A DNA stretch of 64,000 nucleotides. Origin: a virus. The notes beneath the pieces were generated by a model that had not been told where the DNA came from, made no database searches, and worked only from the letters and a program-made list of their open reading frames with translations. The position numbers and the translations under genes were made by a program. This document shows, piece after piece, positions 9,380 to 18,914 of the stretch (position 1 is the first letter of the stretch; every line of letters starts with the position of its first letter). The stretch covers positions 1 through 64,000 of IMG/VR virus record IMGVR_UViG_3300042503_001430; one strand, 5' to 3'.

Positions 9380-10964
9380 GACCTTCGAAGAGGTTCTGTG
9401 GATGTCTGAACCTGAGTTTCGTACTTGGGTTGCAGATATGCGAGCAGAAGTTGTTCGAATCTGGGACGAATTAGGAAACCCACCTCGTGTTGGCATCTCT
9501 GAACAAGAGATGCGTGAGCAATTCAAAGAGATGCGGTATTACCCTGTTCACCACCCTGTCGATGGCTTTGAATGTGTCGATGAAGAGACTGGTGAGAAAG
9601 ACTGTATTCGTAACACGAGCATTATTGGTAATGCTGCGAATCAGTTTTTTCCAACCATGATGGCAACCAAGATCAATTATACTTCTGATACAACAAATGG
9701 TTTGTCGATCTATGATCATTTCAAAGACCCTGATCTTTTCGAGAAGATGGTCTTGTATGGTCGCAGACATTTCAAGCGAGACTCATTCTACAGTCACTCA
9801 CACCCTGTGAAGTTGTTTCATGAAAATGACAACATCAATGAATTCTTGAAGAAGTACTACATCAAAGAAGATACAGGTGTCGATTGGATCAAGAACTACG
9901 AATCACGCAGATCTCTTATTGAGCACGAGTTTGATTATTGGTTAGAACCAAAAGCTGATGATGCTGAGTATACAGGGTATGGTGAGTCTGTAAAGAACCG
10001 CACCTTCTTGAACGTCACGTCAGATGATATTGAAAGACTAGGTTCACTCATACCTGACAAGTGTAAAACCAATATCGATTACAAAAACCGAAGCATCTTT
10101 CAGATTCGTGTATTCAAGAGAGGTCAGAAGCTTTTCCCAGTCGGGTTCAAAGCATTTCGTGTATCGGTGTGTCAGTATGCGGTGAACTTTCCACCTCTGA
10201 CTGCTAAGTACCTCTACGAAAAATTCACCGAAGAGTTTAAGACGCAAGATCGAATCACAATCTGGGACCCATCAGCAGGGTGGGGCGGTAGAATTTTAGG
10301 TGCGATGTCTGTCGAGAATGACGTGCGTAAAATTCACTATATTGGTACTGATCCAAACACAGACCATAATACAACACCAGGTAGAACCAAGTACCATGAG
10401 CTTGCAGACTTTTACAACAACTGCACAACTACCGTGTTTTCAAATGAGCCACACACCTACGAGATATATCAGTGTGGGTCTGAGGTAATGCGAGAGCAAG
10501 CAGAGTTTCAGAAGTATAGGGGTAAGGTTGACTTGGTGTTTACGAGTCCACCATACTTTGCAAAAGAAGTGTACTCAGATGACCCTGCACAAAGCGCAAT
10601 CAAGTTTAATACGTTTGATACATGGGTAGAGGGTTTCTTGAGACCAACTCTCGAAACTGCTGTTGAGTGGTTAGCACCAAACCGATACTTGTTGTGGAAT
10701 ATTGCAGATGCAAAATTCGGAGCACACATTCTGCCGCTTGAACGAATTTCTAACGAGATACTAGAATCTCTCGGTATGCAAAAAGTTACCATGATTAAAA
10801 TGGCACTTGCACAAATGCCAGGTGGTAACAGAGTAGATCCTGATACTGGTAAACCGTCAGCGAAGAATTTCTGTCGAGTTAAAGAACCGAAGAAAGGTAC
10901 GAGAGCACAATCAAAGACTAGCTGGCTCAAGTATGAGCCGATTTTTGTGTACAAGAAAATATGA
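9324..10964 (+). CDS. Amino (N4-C/N6-A) DNA methyltransferase-like protein
   Basis: WDPSAGWGGR (SAM-binding), YIGTDPN, FTSPPYF catalytic motif; long N-terminal extension. Confidence 0.8.
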   Translation: MKKWFYERNDELLKSPVNKTFEEVLWMSEPEFRTWVADMRAEVVRIWDELGNPPRVGISEQEMREQFKEMRYYPVHHPVDGFECVDEETGEKDCIRNTSIIGNAANQFFPTMMATKINYTSDTTNGLSIYDHFKDPDLFEKMVLYGRRHFKRDSFYSHSHPVKLFHENDNINEFLKKYYIKEDTGVDWIKNYESRRSLIEHEFDYWLEPKADDAEYTGYGESVKNRTFLNVTSDDIERLGSLIPDKCKTNIDYKNRSIFQIRVFKRGQKLFPVGFKAFRVSVCQYAVNFPPLTAKYLYEKFTEEFKTQDRITIWDPSAGWGGRILGAMSVENDVRKIHYIGTDPNTDHNTTPGRTKYHELADFYNNCTTTVFSNEPHTYEIYQCGSEVMREQAEFQKYRGKVDLVFTSPPYFAKEVYSDDPAQSAIKFNTFDTWVEGFLRPTLETAVEWLAPNRYLLWNIADAKFGAHILPLERISNEILESLGMQKVTMIKMALAQMPGGNRVDPDTGKPSAKNFCRVKEPKKGTRAQSKTSWLKYEPIFVYKKI

Positions 10965-11218
10965 TCGAATTAATTGGACACCTTGGTGCACTACTACTCT
11001 CATTCAGTTCTGCACCTCAACTATACACAACCTTTAAGACGAAAGATGTTACAGGTCTTTCGCTCAACATGCTTTTACTGTGGGGTGTGGGTTGTCTTCT
11101 CATGGGTATCTACGTTGTTTTCACATCAGCGCAACTTCCTTTGGTAATCAATTACTCACTCAACACAGCTCTCGTATTCACGAACATCATTCTCTACTTC
11201 AAGTATCGACCTCGATAG
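10961..11218 (+). CDS. SemiSWEET/PQ-loop 3-TM transporter
   Basis: G..GA.LL....PQ.Y...KTKDV.GLS plus three hydrophobic helices and a TM3 Asn. Confidence 0.85.
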   Translation: MIELIGHLGALLLSFSSAPQLYTTFKTKDVTGLSLNMLLLWGVGCLLMGIYVVFTSAQLPLVINYSLNTALVFTNIILYFKYRPR

Positions 11219-11473
11219 ATGGAAATACTTTTTGCGTACATCGGGGTGTTGTTACTTTCGACGAGTGGTATTCCTCAAATAATTCGATCTATCAAAACGA
11301 AGAACGTGGGTGGTTTGTCGCCATATTCTCTCATGTGGGTCTGTTGTGGGTGCTCATGTATGCTCACCTACGTATTGATTAGTACGGGCATCTCAATTCT
11401 CGCAATCAGCTATTCCATGAATGCGTTGTTCTCTTTTACCAATTTAATGCTGTACCTCAGATATAAAAAGTAG
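11219..11473 (+). CDS. SemiSWEET/PQ-loop 3-TM transporter (second paralog)
   Basis: IG..LL....PQI....KTKNVGGLS plus three TM helices; in frame immediately after the first copy. Confidence 0.85.
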   Translation: MEILFAYIGVLLLSTSGIPQIIRSIKTKNVGGLSPYSLMWVCCGCSCMLTYVLISTGISILAISYSMNALFSFTNLMLYLRYKK

Positions 11474-11507
11474 TATTTTCAATACTTTATACTACGTAAA
11501 ATGATGG

Positions 11508-11537
11508 TTGACATATTCTGTTGTAATATGCTATACT
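11508..11537 (+). promoter_or_regulatory. Sigma70-type early promoter
   Basis: TTGACA-18 nt-TATACT with an extended TG. Confidence 0.7.
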
Positions 11538-11565
11538 TAGTAGGTATTACGAAAAAGGTGTCATC

Positions 11566-13755
11566 ATGAGCAATAATCGAACAACATCAAAAGAGAACTT
11601 AGCCAAACTCATGGCTACCGAAAACCTTCTTGTAGAACATGCCGATGTACCAACGGCTGCGTTCGATCTCATGAAGCGTAAGCTGTATCTTCCTAACTGG
11701 AAAAACATCTCTGATGACGTGTACACTCTTCTCATTTCCCATGAAGTTGGTCACGCTCTCTACACTCCGAAAGAAGAGTGGGAAAGTCAGATCATGAAAG
11801 AAAAGAATGTTGAATTCAAGAACGTGGTGAACATCGTTGAAGATGTACGCATCGAGAAGCTTATTCAACAGAAATATCCTGGTACGATTCGTGCGTTTCG
11901 ATCTGGTTATGATGAGCTTGAGAAGTCTAATCTTTTCGGTACCGTTGGTCGTGACATTAAAGAGTACGGTTTGCTCGACCGTCTCAACATTCACTTCAAG
12001 GTAGGTCATTTCGGGTATGTCAACGTACCGTTCTCTGATAAAGAGAAGCCGTGGGTTGATCGTGTTAATGCTTGTAAGTCTTTTACCGAAGTTCTCTCGC
12101 TCGCTAAAGAGCTTATGGAATTCGTAGAGAAGAATGAAGAGTCGCAAGGTAAGTCTAAGCCGAGCGAAAACAATAATGACGAGTCGTCTGAGTACGAGAT
12201 TAAAGAGGGTGACGAGCAAGGTTCAGGTCAACAACAAGAAGAGGGTGAAAAGTCTGGCATGTATCGTGCAGCACCTAACGGTGAGCAACAAGAGAATGAA
12301 GATGGTGAGAAAGAGAAAGAAGACTCACAATCTCCTAATGCTCAGTCAGATAACAATAAACAGAGTAAGATCAAGATCGAGACTCAAAAACACTTCGATA
12401 AAGCACTGCAAGACCTTGTTGCGAAGAACGTCAAGAATAACGTGTATGTAAACTTGCCTAGTACTGAGTTAGACAAGATCATCGTACCTCACAAGCGTGT
12501 TCATGCTCAAATACGTGAGTACTACTCAAAGTACTACCCACAGGTATTTGACTGGGCAGGTAAGCACGTACACCAATTCAAGAACAATTCGAAGAATGTT
12601 GTGAATCAAATGGCAAACATCTTCGAGATGAAGAAGAAAGCACGTCTTGATGTTCGTGCGCTCACTTCTAAGACTGGTACCCTTGATATGAATCGTGTTC
12701 ACTCATATCGCTACAGTGATGACGTTTTCAAGAAGGTTACGACAATACCACAAGGTAAGTCGCACGGACTTGTCATGTTCATCGATCTTTCGAGTAGCAT
12801 GTACGAGAATATTGCAGGTACGTTTGAGCAACTTCTTAACCTTGTACTTTTCTGTCGCCGAGTGAATATACCATTCGAGGTTTACGGATTTACCGATTCG
12901 TATTGTGCTCGTGAAGGTCTCGTTTCACACCCACGAAAGTATGGTACGTTGTACTTTGATGATCGGTTCTGCTTACGTCAATACTTCACCAATAAGATGA
13001 CTGGTGTTGAATTCAATGACGCACTTCAGAACATCATGTGTATGATGCAGTACTATAACCGCACCACGTACACAGGGTTGCCAACACAAGAGCAGTTAAA
13101 TTGTACACCATTAAATCCAGCGATTATTTCAGCTATCACGGTTGTTAATTCGTTCAGAAACAACAACAACCTTGATATTGTAAATACGATCTTCTTGACT
13201 GATGGTGAAGACACTCACGGACTTACCTACACCGACGACAACGGTACAGACACCTACGTTGGTGAGTCATACTGGGCTAGTCGCTACTCTATGGCAAGCA
13301 AAGATAGTCGTAACTACATACGTGATCTCAAGTCACGTAAGCAGTGGTTGATTGATAACAGCACCTCAACGCTTCTTAACATTCTGAAAGAGCAGACCGA
13401 TGCAAAAGTTATCGGGTTCTTCCTTGCTAAGAAGCGTGATGCTCAAAGTAGAATAGAACAGATGACTCAAGATCGTAAGCGAAGTGACGCTCTTATGGAC
13501 TCGTACAAGAAGAACAAGTTCGCAGAGATCAACAACGTAGACGGGTACGATGCGTACTATGTTATTCCAAGCGGTAACGGGTTGAATGTAGCTTCTGATG
13601 AATTCGAGTCTGAGGTTGACACTAACATCGATTGGGAAGATGAGAAGCAAGCTAAGAAGGTTATGCGTACTGTACAAAAAGAGTTCGCAAGCCAGATGTC
13701 TCAGAAGATGGTGAGTCGTGTGTTGTTAAATAGGTTCATCGAACATATTTCGTAG
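11566..13755 (+). CDS. CobT-like protein: N-terminal HExxH domain, acidic linker, C-terminal VWA domain
   Basis: HEVGHAL.T, N.VED.RIE, MIDAS-like DLSSSM, TPL, LTDG; partner of the nearby CobS-like AAA+. Confidence 0.8.
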   Translation: MSNNRTTSKENLAKLMATENLLVEHADVPTAAFDLMKRKLYLPNWKNISDDVYTLLISHEVGHALYTPKEEWESQIMKEKNVEFKNVVNIVEDVRIEKLIQQKYPGTIRAFRSGYDELEKSNLFGTVGRDIKEYGLLDRLNIHFKVGHFGYVNVPFSDKEKPWVDRVNACKSFTEVLSLAKELMEFVEKNEESQGKSKPSENNNDESSEYEIKEGDEQGSGQQQEEGEKSGMYRAAPNGEQQENEDGEKEKEDSQSPNAQSDNNKQSKIKIETQKHFDKALQDLVAKNVKNNVYVNLPSTELDKIIVPHKRVHAQIREYYSKYYPQVFDWAGKHVHQFKNNSKNVVNQMANIFEMKKKARLDVRALTSKTGTLDMNRVHSYRYSDDVFKKVTTIPQGKSHGLVMFIDLSSSMYENIAGTFEQLLNLVLFCRRVNIPFEVYGFTDSYCAREGLVSHPRKYGTLYFDDRFCLRQYFTNKMTGVEFNDALQNIMCMMQYYNRTTYTGLPTQEQLNCTPLNPAIISAITVVNSFRNNNNLDIVNTIFLTDGEDTHGLTYTDDNGTDTYVGESYWASRYSMASKDSRNYIRDLKSRKQWLIDNSTSTLLNILKEQTDAKVIGFFLAKKRDAQSRIEQMTQDRKRSDALMDSYKKNKFAEINNVDGYDAYYVIPSGNGLNVASDEFESEVDTNIDWEDEKQAKKVMRTVQKEFASQMSQKMVSRVLLNRFIEHIS

Positions 13756-13763
13756 GTGATCGT

Positions 13764-14318
13764 ATGTTTACATTCAAGCAACAACAACTCCATGAATCGA
13801 GCTTGTCGAGAATATATCAACACTCGCAAGAATCGAACCTTGGTATGATTACAGCATATCGAGGTCAATACTCGGTTCAGCAGAATGAGAAACGAAACTC
13901 TCAGCTCATGTCTGATATACGTAGTGCAGGGTTCGGGTATGTGCCGGTTACGGGTCACTACATCGAAAACCCAGGTACACCCGAAGAGCAGAAGGTGATT
14001 GAGAAGTCTTTCTTGGTCATATCTTCATCGCAAGATTCGGGTAGACTGAAACACTTCTTACAGAACGTGGGTGTGAAGTACGATCAAGACTCTGTACTCT
14101 ACAAAGATTCTAATAGTGACGAAGCCATACTGATAGGTACAGCATCCGGCAGATGGCCGGGCTTGAAGGTTGAAGTGAAAGTTGGTAAGTGGAAACCGAA
14201 CGCTATCGGTTCATATTACACGAAGATGAAAGGTCATCGCACGTTCGCATTCGAGTCGGTTGAAGCACCAGAAAGCTTAATGTCACGTGGATTTCGTGAA
14301 AAATTGACCAAAAAATAG
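13764..14318 (+). CDS. Conserved phage hypothetical protein
   Basis: ESSLSR, ITA.RG, N..RN..L, G.Y.E, E.SF.V, KYDQDSVL motifs; N-terminus MFTFKQ..LHE. Confidence 0.6.
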   Translation: MFTFKQQQLHESSLSRIYQHSQESNLGMITAYRGQYSVQQNEKRNSQLMSDIRSAGFGYVPVTGHYIENPGTPEEQKVIEKSFLVISSSQDSGRLKHFLQNVGVKYDQDSVLYKDSNSDEAILIGTASGRWPGLKVEVKVGKWKPNAIGSYYTKMKGHRTFAFESVEAPESLMSRGFREKLTKK

Positions 14319-14356
14319 TACCTAACTTACTGATATTGTTGACCTCAAAATAGTGG

Positions 14357-14386
14357 TTGACGCCATAGTTCAGTCCGTGGTATAAT
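14357..14386 (+). promoter_or_regulatory. Sigma70-type early promoter
   Basis: TTGACG-18 nt-TATAAT with an extended TG. Confidence 0.7.
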
Positions 14387-14419
14387 GGTTCTATAGTCAA
14401 TAGTTGATAATGTGAATAG

Positions 14420-15697
14420 GTGAGTCAAATGGATACAACAACTAAGCAAAAATTCTTTTCGCTGTTGCAAGCTAATTTCGGCACTTCTGAATTCAGTCGT
14501 ACCGATGCAATCAAGCTCGGCACAAAGTATAATCTTCTCAAAGAAGCTTATCACTTCTGTAACTCGAAGCAACATAACTTCAAAGTAGGTCGTGGTGCGT
14601 TTCGCATCTCTGATGTATCTGAGCCTGTGGCTCACTCGACGCCTGCTCCTGTTGTTGAAAAATTGCCGACACCTTCTGCGACCGTTGAGCCTTCGTCTGC
14701 GGTTGTCTATAACTTCGCTGCCGAGACTCTTCATACCAACCTCATTCCAGAAGTTGATAAGCTCTTCGTGAAACACGGCGACTTTGATCTCGTGTCTCGC
14801 ATCATCTCGTCACGTATGTTCTACCCGATCTTCATTACCGGACTTTCTGGTAACGGTAAAACATTCGGTGTTGAGCAAGCTTGCGCTCACCACGACCGTG
14901 AATTGTATCGTGTGAACATCACGATTGAGACCGATGAAGATGATCTTCTTGGTGGTTTCCGTCTTGTGAACGATAGTACCAAGTGGTTTGATGGTCCGGT
15001 TATTCGTGCGATGAAGTCTGGTGGTGTACTCTTACTTGATGAGGTCGATCTCGGTAGCAATAAGCTTCTTTGTCTTCAGCCTGTACTTGAGGGTAAGGGT
15101 ATTCTTCTCAAGAAGATCAATCAGTACGTGAAGCCATCGCCTGGGTTCACTATCGTAGCTACTGCGAACACTAAAGGTCAAGGTTCTGAAACGGGTAAAT
15201 TCGTAGGTACGAATATCCTTAATGAAGCTTTCCTTGAGCGTTTCTGTGCCACGTTTGAGCAGAAATATCCAGAAGAGCGTGTTGAGAAGAGCATTCTCAA
15301 GAAGTTGTGTGGAAGTCACGACCTCAAGAGTGATATGATGGATGACTTCATTCAGAAGCTCGTAACTTGGGCAATCGGTACCCGAAAAACATTCGAAACT
15401 GGTGGAACTTCTGACTTGATTTCCACTCGCCGTCTCGTACATATCATTAATGCGTATGCAATTCTTGGTCATCCGTCTGAAGATGATAAGAAAGCTCTTG
15501 GTGATATTCGTCGCCAAGCAATCGAATTGTGTATTGCTCGATTCGATGATAGTACCAAAACGTCATTCCTCAATTTCTATGAGAGCATCGATCCTTTGCT
15601 CCATCCAGAAATGGAGAAACCTGTCGCTGCTGAAACCGAGCCAAGCTTAGAGGCTCAAGAGCATGACATCATTTCCATATTGACTAATAAATCATAA
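14420..15697 (+). CDS. cobS: CobS/MoxR-like AAA+ ATPase
   Basis: GLSGNGKT, ETDEDDLLGGFRL, LLLDE, ATANTKG.G, NEAFLERF, ISTRRL. Confidence 0.88.
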   Translation: MSQMDTTTKQKFFSLLQANFGTSEFSRTDAIKLGTKYNLLKEAYHFCNSKQHNFKVGRGAFRISDVSEPVAHSTPAPVVEKLPTPSATVEPSSAVVYNFAAETLHTNLIPEVDKLFVKHGDFDLVSRIISSRMFYPIFITGLSGNGKTFGVEQACAHHDRELYRVNITIETDEDDLLGGFRLVNDSTKWFDGPVIRAMKSGGVLLLDEVDLGSNKLLCLQPVLEGKGILLKKINQYVKPSPGFTIVATANTKGQGSETGKFVGTNILNEAFLERFCATFEQKYPEERVEKSILKKLCGSHDLKSDMMDDFIQKLVTWAIGTRKTFETGGTSDLISTRRLVHIINAYAILGHPSEDDKKALGDIRRQAIELCIARFDDSTKTSFLNFYESIDPLLHPEMEKPVAAETEPSLEAQEHDIISILTNKS

Positions 15698-15723
15698 ACT
15701 CAACTTGACTCACCTGAGTTTTG

Positions 15724-15753
15724 AGCCTCGCACGAAAGTGCGGGGCTTTTTTT
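15724..15753 (+). terminator. Rho-independent terminator
   Basis: AGCCTCGCAC-GAAA-GTGCGGGGCT followed by a T run. Confidence 0.9.
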
Positions 15754-15853
15754 ATGCTTATTTTCTTGCAAGCAAAAATTAGGCATGCTACAGTATTTGA
15801 ATAGACGGCAAATCTGTCTACGTTAATATTAACATGTAATGATGAGGACAATT

Positions 15854-16096
15854 ATGGCAACCAAGACACAACGCACACGACTTGTTAAGCGACTTAGCTC
15901 CGGTAAGAATTTGACTGTAACCGAAGCTGCTTCTAAGTTTGGGATCAAGCGTCTCGCTGCCCGAATTCATGAACTTCGTGAAGAGGGATTCCCAATTTAC
16001 ACCAACAAGGTTTCTACACGAGGTGGTGTACGTGTAACAGCATATCGACTTAATGTTGATGCAACACCAGCTTCTTTGCTTGACTCTGTTGAGTAA
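15854..16096 (+). CDS. Small winged-HTH DNA-binding protein
   Basis: L.SGK.LT..EA...FGI.RLAARI.ELR..G..I; GAGGA SD upstream. Confidence 0.7.
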   Translation: MATKTQRTRLVKRLSSGKNLTVTEAASKFGIKRLAARIHELREEGFPIYTNKVSTRGGVRVTAYRLNVDATPASLLDSVE

Positions 16097-16110
16097 TTAA
16101 GCTAACCTAT

Positions 16111-16153
16111 AGTACAACTGAGGTTTACTCCATTTCCTCAGTTGTACTTTTTT
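16111..16153 (+). terminator. 13-bp perfect hairpin plus U-tract (terminator/attenuator) just upstream of gp45
   Basis: AGTACAACTGAGG-12 nt-CCTCAGTTGTACT-TTTTT. Confidence 0.65.
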
Positions 16154-16169
16154 CATTTTGAGGATTGTT

Positions 16170-16838
16170 ATGAAGCTGTCGCAAGAAACCATTAGAATTT
16201 TGAAGAACTTCTCTGAGATCAATACCACCATTCTTATTCGTCGTGGTAATAATATCGTCACCGTAGACGCATCGAAGCGCATTCTTGCTGATGCAAAATT
16301 ACCTGAGAGCTTACCGAACGATTTTGCAATTCATGATCTTAACAGTCTTTTGACTGTATCTTCGCTTTTCGATAATCCTGATTTCGATTTCAAGAGCGAT
16401 AAGGTTGTTATCAAGAACAACCACCGATCAGTAAATTACTGTTACGCAGATCCTTCTGTGGTGCAAGATGCTGCGCCTCTTCGTCAGAAGATTCCTAACA
16501 TGTTCAAAGATGATGCGGTTGTAGAGAAATTCACTTTGAGTGAAGAAGATTTGAAGAGTCTTCGTCAAGCTGCAACGGTGATGCATCTCCCGTACATTAG
16601 TTTTATTGGTGATTCTTCTGGTGTTAAGGTTGTTGCACAAGACGTATCGAACGATACTTTGGGTAACTTCACACTTCAGATTTCAGATGCCGCAGCGAAG
16701 AAGTTTCAACATAACCTTCTTCTCGATAATCTTCGGGTTTTGCCTGGAACGTATGAGGTCAGTGTAAGTCCGACTATTACACATTTCTCAAACAAGAATA
16801 CTCCTCTTGAGTATTGGATTGTGATGGAATCGGTATAA
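16170..16838 (+). CDS. gp45: Sliding clamp gp45
   Basis: MKLS..T..ILKNFS.IN, F.I.DL..LL, Y.YADP, L.PG.Y.V, YWI..E. Confidence 0.9.
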   Translation: MKLSQETIRILKNFSEINTTILIRRGNNIVTVDASKRILADAKLPESLPNDFAIHDLNSLLTVSSLFDNPDFDFKSDKVVIKNNHRSVNYCYADPSVVQDAAPLRQKIPNMFKDDAVVEKFTLSEEDLKSLRQAATVMHLPYISFIGDSSGVKVVAQDVSNDTLGNFTLQISDAAAKKFQHNLLLDNLRVLPGTYEVSVSPTITHFSNKNTPLEYWIVMESV

Positions 16839-16916
16839 CCGATCTGTCTCTATCTTGAGCCCGAAGAGTGCAATACTCTTCGGGTGTTTGTGAATGATGT
16901 AATTGATTATGGTATT

Positions 16917-17864
16917 ATGCAACAACGTGAACATATTTTGTGGGTTGAGAAGTATCGTCCTAAGACCATTGATGAGTGTATCTTACCCAACAATCTCAAA
17001 TCGATCTTCAAGGGTATTGTAGCTTCTGGCGAAATACCTCATCTTCTTTTGTGTGGTTCTGCTGGTACTGGTAAGACTACGGTTGCACGAGCACTTTGTA
17101 ATGAGCTTGATGCAACCTACATCTTGATCAATGCTTCTGACGATAGAAATATTGACACACTCAGAAATACCGTAAAGCAGTTTGCTTCTGCGATTTCATT
17201 TGATGGTAAGCGTCGAGTTGTCATTCTTGACGAGGCAGATTACTTGAATCCGCAGAGTTTTCAACCTGCACTTCGTAGTGTCATGGAAGAATTCTCAAAG
17301 AACTGTTCGTTCATTCTTACCTGTAACTACAAGAACAAGTTGATCGAACCGATTCATTCTCGGTGTGCAGTCAAAGAGTTCAAGATCAGTAAAGATGACA
17401 AGAAGGTAATCATAGAGCAAATCTACAAGAGAGTTGCAAAGATTCTTGAGACTGAAGAGATTCAGTTTGATGGTAAGGTTCTTGCGAATGTTGTCGTGAA
17501 GTACTTTCCTGATTTTCGTCGAATCTTGAATGAGCTTCAGTCATTCAGTAAAGCTAATGGTAAGATTGATGAGGGTATTCTCTCGTTCGCTGGTGAGATT
17601 AATGTCAACAAGCTGTACCTTGCACTGAAAGCGAAGAAGTTTGGTGATGTTCGTGAGTGGGTTGTTGAGAATGTCGATAATGATCCATCACGTGTGTATC
17701 GCAAGTTGTATGATGGTTTGAAAGATCATCTGAAGCCGACTTCTGTGCCACAAGCAATCTTGCATATTGCAGACTACCAGTACAAGTCTGCATTCAGTAT
17801 GGACACAGAGATCAATCTTTTAGCATGTCTCATCGAGATAATGGTGAATTGTGAGTTCGCATAA
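16917..17864 (+). CDS. gp44: Clamp loader large subunit gp44
   Basis: LWVEKYRP.TI.ECILP, GSAGTGKTT, ILDEADYL, SRC, FPDFRR. Confidence 0.95.
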   Translation: MQQREHILWVEKYRPKTIDECILPNNLKSIFKGIVASGEIPHLLLCGSAGTGKTTVARALCNELDATYILINASDDRNIDTLRNTVKQFASAISFDGKRRVVILDEADYLNPQSFQPALRSVMEEFSKNCSFILTCNYKNKLIEPIHSRCAVKEFKISKDDKKVIIEQIYKRVAKILETEEIQFDGKVLANVVVKYFPDFRRILNELQSFSKANGKIDEGILSFAGEINVNKLYLALKAKKFGDVREWVVENVDNDPSRVYRKLYDGLKDHLKPTSVPQAILHIADYQYKSAFSMDTEINLLACLIEIMVNCEFA

Positions 17865-18258
17865 GATCAGTGTATTTGATTTCTTGAAAGACCTTGCAGA
17901 GCAGAAGAAAGATATTCTGACAGAAGAGAACGAGTCGCAGTATTCGCCATACATAGTCAACCGATTCTTGTCGATGAACCAGACGACGATTATGTATGCG
18001 AATGAGATGAACACTCGCCACTTTCTGCCGAAGCGATTGCAGTACGATTACTATCTTCACTCAATCAAGAAAGAGAGACGCTTCTTCAAGTACGTGAAAG
18101 AAGATGAGCAAGCGAATCTCGATCTCATCAAAGAGTATTTTGGATACAGTAAGCTTCGTGCGAAAGAAGCATTGTCGATTCTTTCTGCTGAAGACATCGA
18201 GTACATGAAGAATAAGTTGAACAAGGGTGGTCACAATGCAAAGAGAAAAAAAGCATGA
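17851..18258 (+). CDS. gp62: Clamp loader small subunit gp62
   Basis: Y.PYIVNR.LS, ANEMN, QYDY....I....RF, YFGYS...A; follows gp44. Confidence 0.9.
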   Translation: MSSHKISVFDFLKDLAEQKKDILTEENESQYSPYIVNRFLSMNQTTIMYANEMNTRHFLPKRLQYDYYLHSIKKERRFFKYVKEDEQANLDLIKEYFGYSKLRAKEALSILSAEDIEYMKNKLNKGGHNAKRKKA

Positions 18259-18442
18259 TGACTCTTTTGAAGAGCTTCTAAGAGTATCACGTGAACTTTC
18301 AGCACTGATCGAAGACAACAATCAGAACATACGTGATTGCTATCGCACCCTGAAACAGATTGAGCAGGTCATTTGCCCACCAAAGGGAAATCTTTTCGTT
18401 CGTGCAATTCGCAAATTGCTAAATAAATGTATGCGGCTGTAA
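18236..18442 (+). CDS. Hypothetical protein
   Basis: Short ORF filling the gp62-regA gap. Confidence 0.45.
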   Translation: MQREKKHDDSFEELLRVSRELSALIEDNNQNIRDCYRTLKQIEQVICPPKGNLFVRAIRKLLNKCMRL

Positions 18443-18457
18443 TTATTGAGTGCATAT

Positions 18458-18910
18458 ATGTCTAATGTAATAAATGATTTGATTGAAGTGAAGCTGTCGG
18501 CACCTGATGATTTCTTGAAGGTGAAAGAGACACTGACCCGTATTGGGGTTGCATCCAAAAAAGAGAAGACCCTTTATCAGTCTTGCCACATTCTTCACAA
18601 GCGAGACAAAGACACCAAAGAGAGTCGATACTACATCGTGCACTTCAAAGAGCTGTTCAAGCTCGACGGTAAACCAACCACCATCACCGAAGAAGATATA
18701 GCACGACGAAACACGATTGCAAACATTCTTGCTGAGTGGGGTTTGATTTCTCTTGTTGATAAGACGAAGAGTGCACAGCCTGTTGCTAGTATCTCGTCAG
18801 TGAAAATAGTCTCATATAAAGACAAAGGTAATTGGAAACTTGAACCGAAGTACAACATCGGCACCAACAAGAAAACGCCACAAGTTTCTACACCAACCAT
18901 CAAGTCATAA
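18458..18910 (+). CDS. regA: Translational repressor RegA
   Basis: PDDFLKVKETLTRIG, LYQSCHILHK, YYIVHFKELF.LDG, RRNTIA..L.EWGL. Confidence 0.95.
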   Translation: MSNVINDLIEVKLSAPDDFLKVKETLTRIGVASKKEKTLYQSCHILHKRDKDTKESRYYIVHFKELFKLDGKPTTITEEDIARRNTIANILAEWGLISLVDKTKSAQPVASISSVKIVSYKDKGNWKLEPKYNIGTNKKTPQVSTPTIKS

Positions 18911-18914
18911 CCCT

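Noticed and set aside
7116-15517. Long antisense ORFs (e.g. 7672-8154, 8605-9144, 11599-12219, 15032-15517)
   Set aside because: They are shadows of well-supported plus-strand genes, with no motifs or initiation signals.
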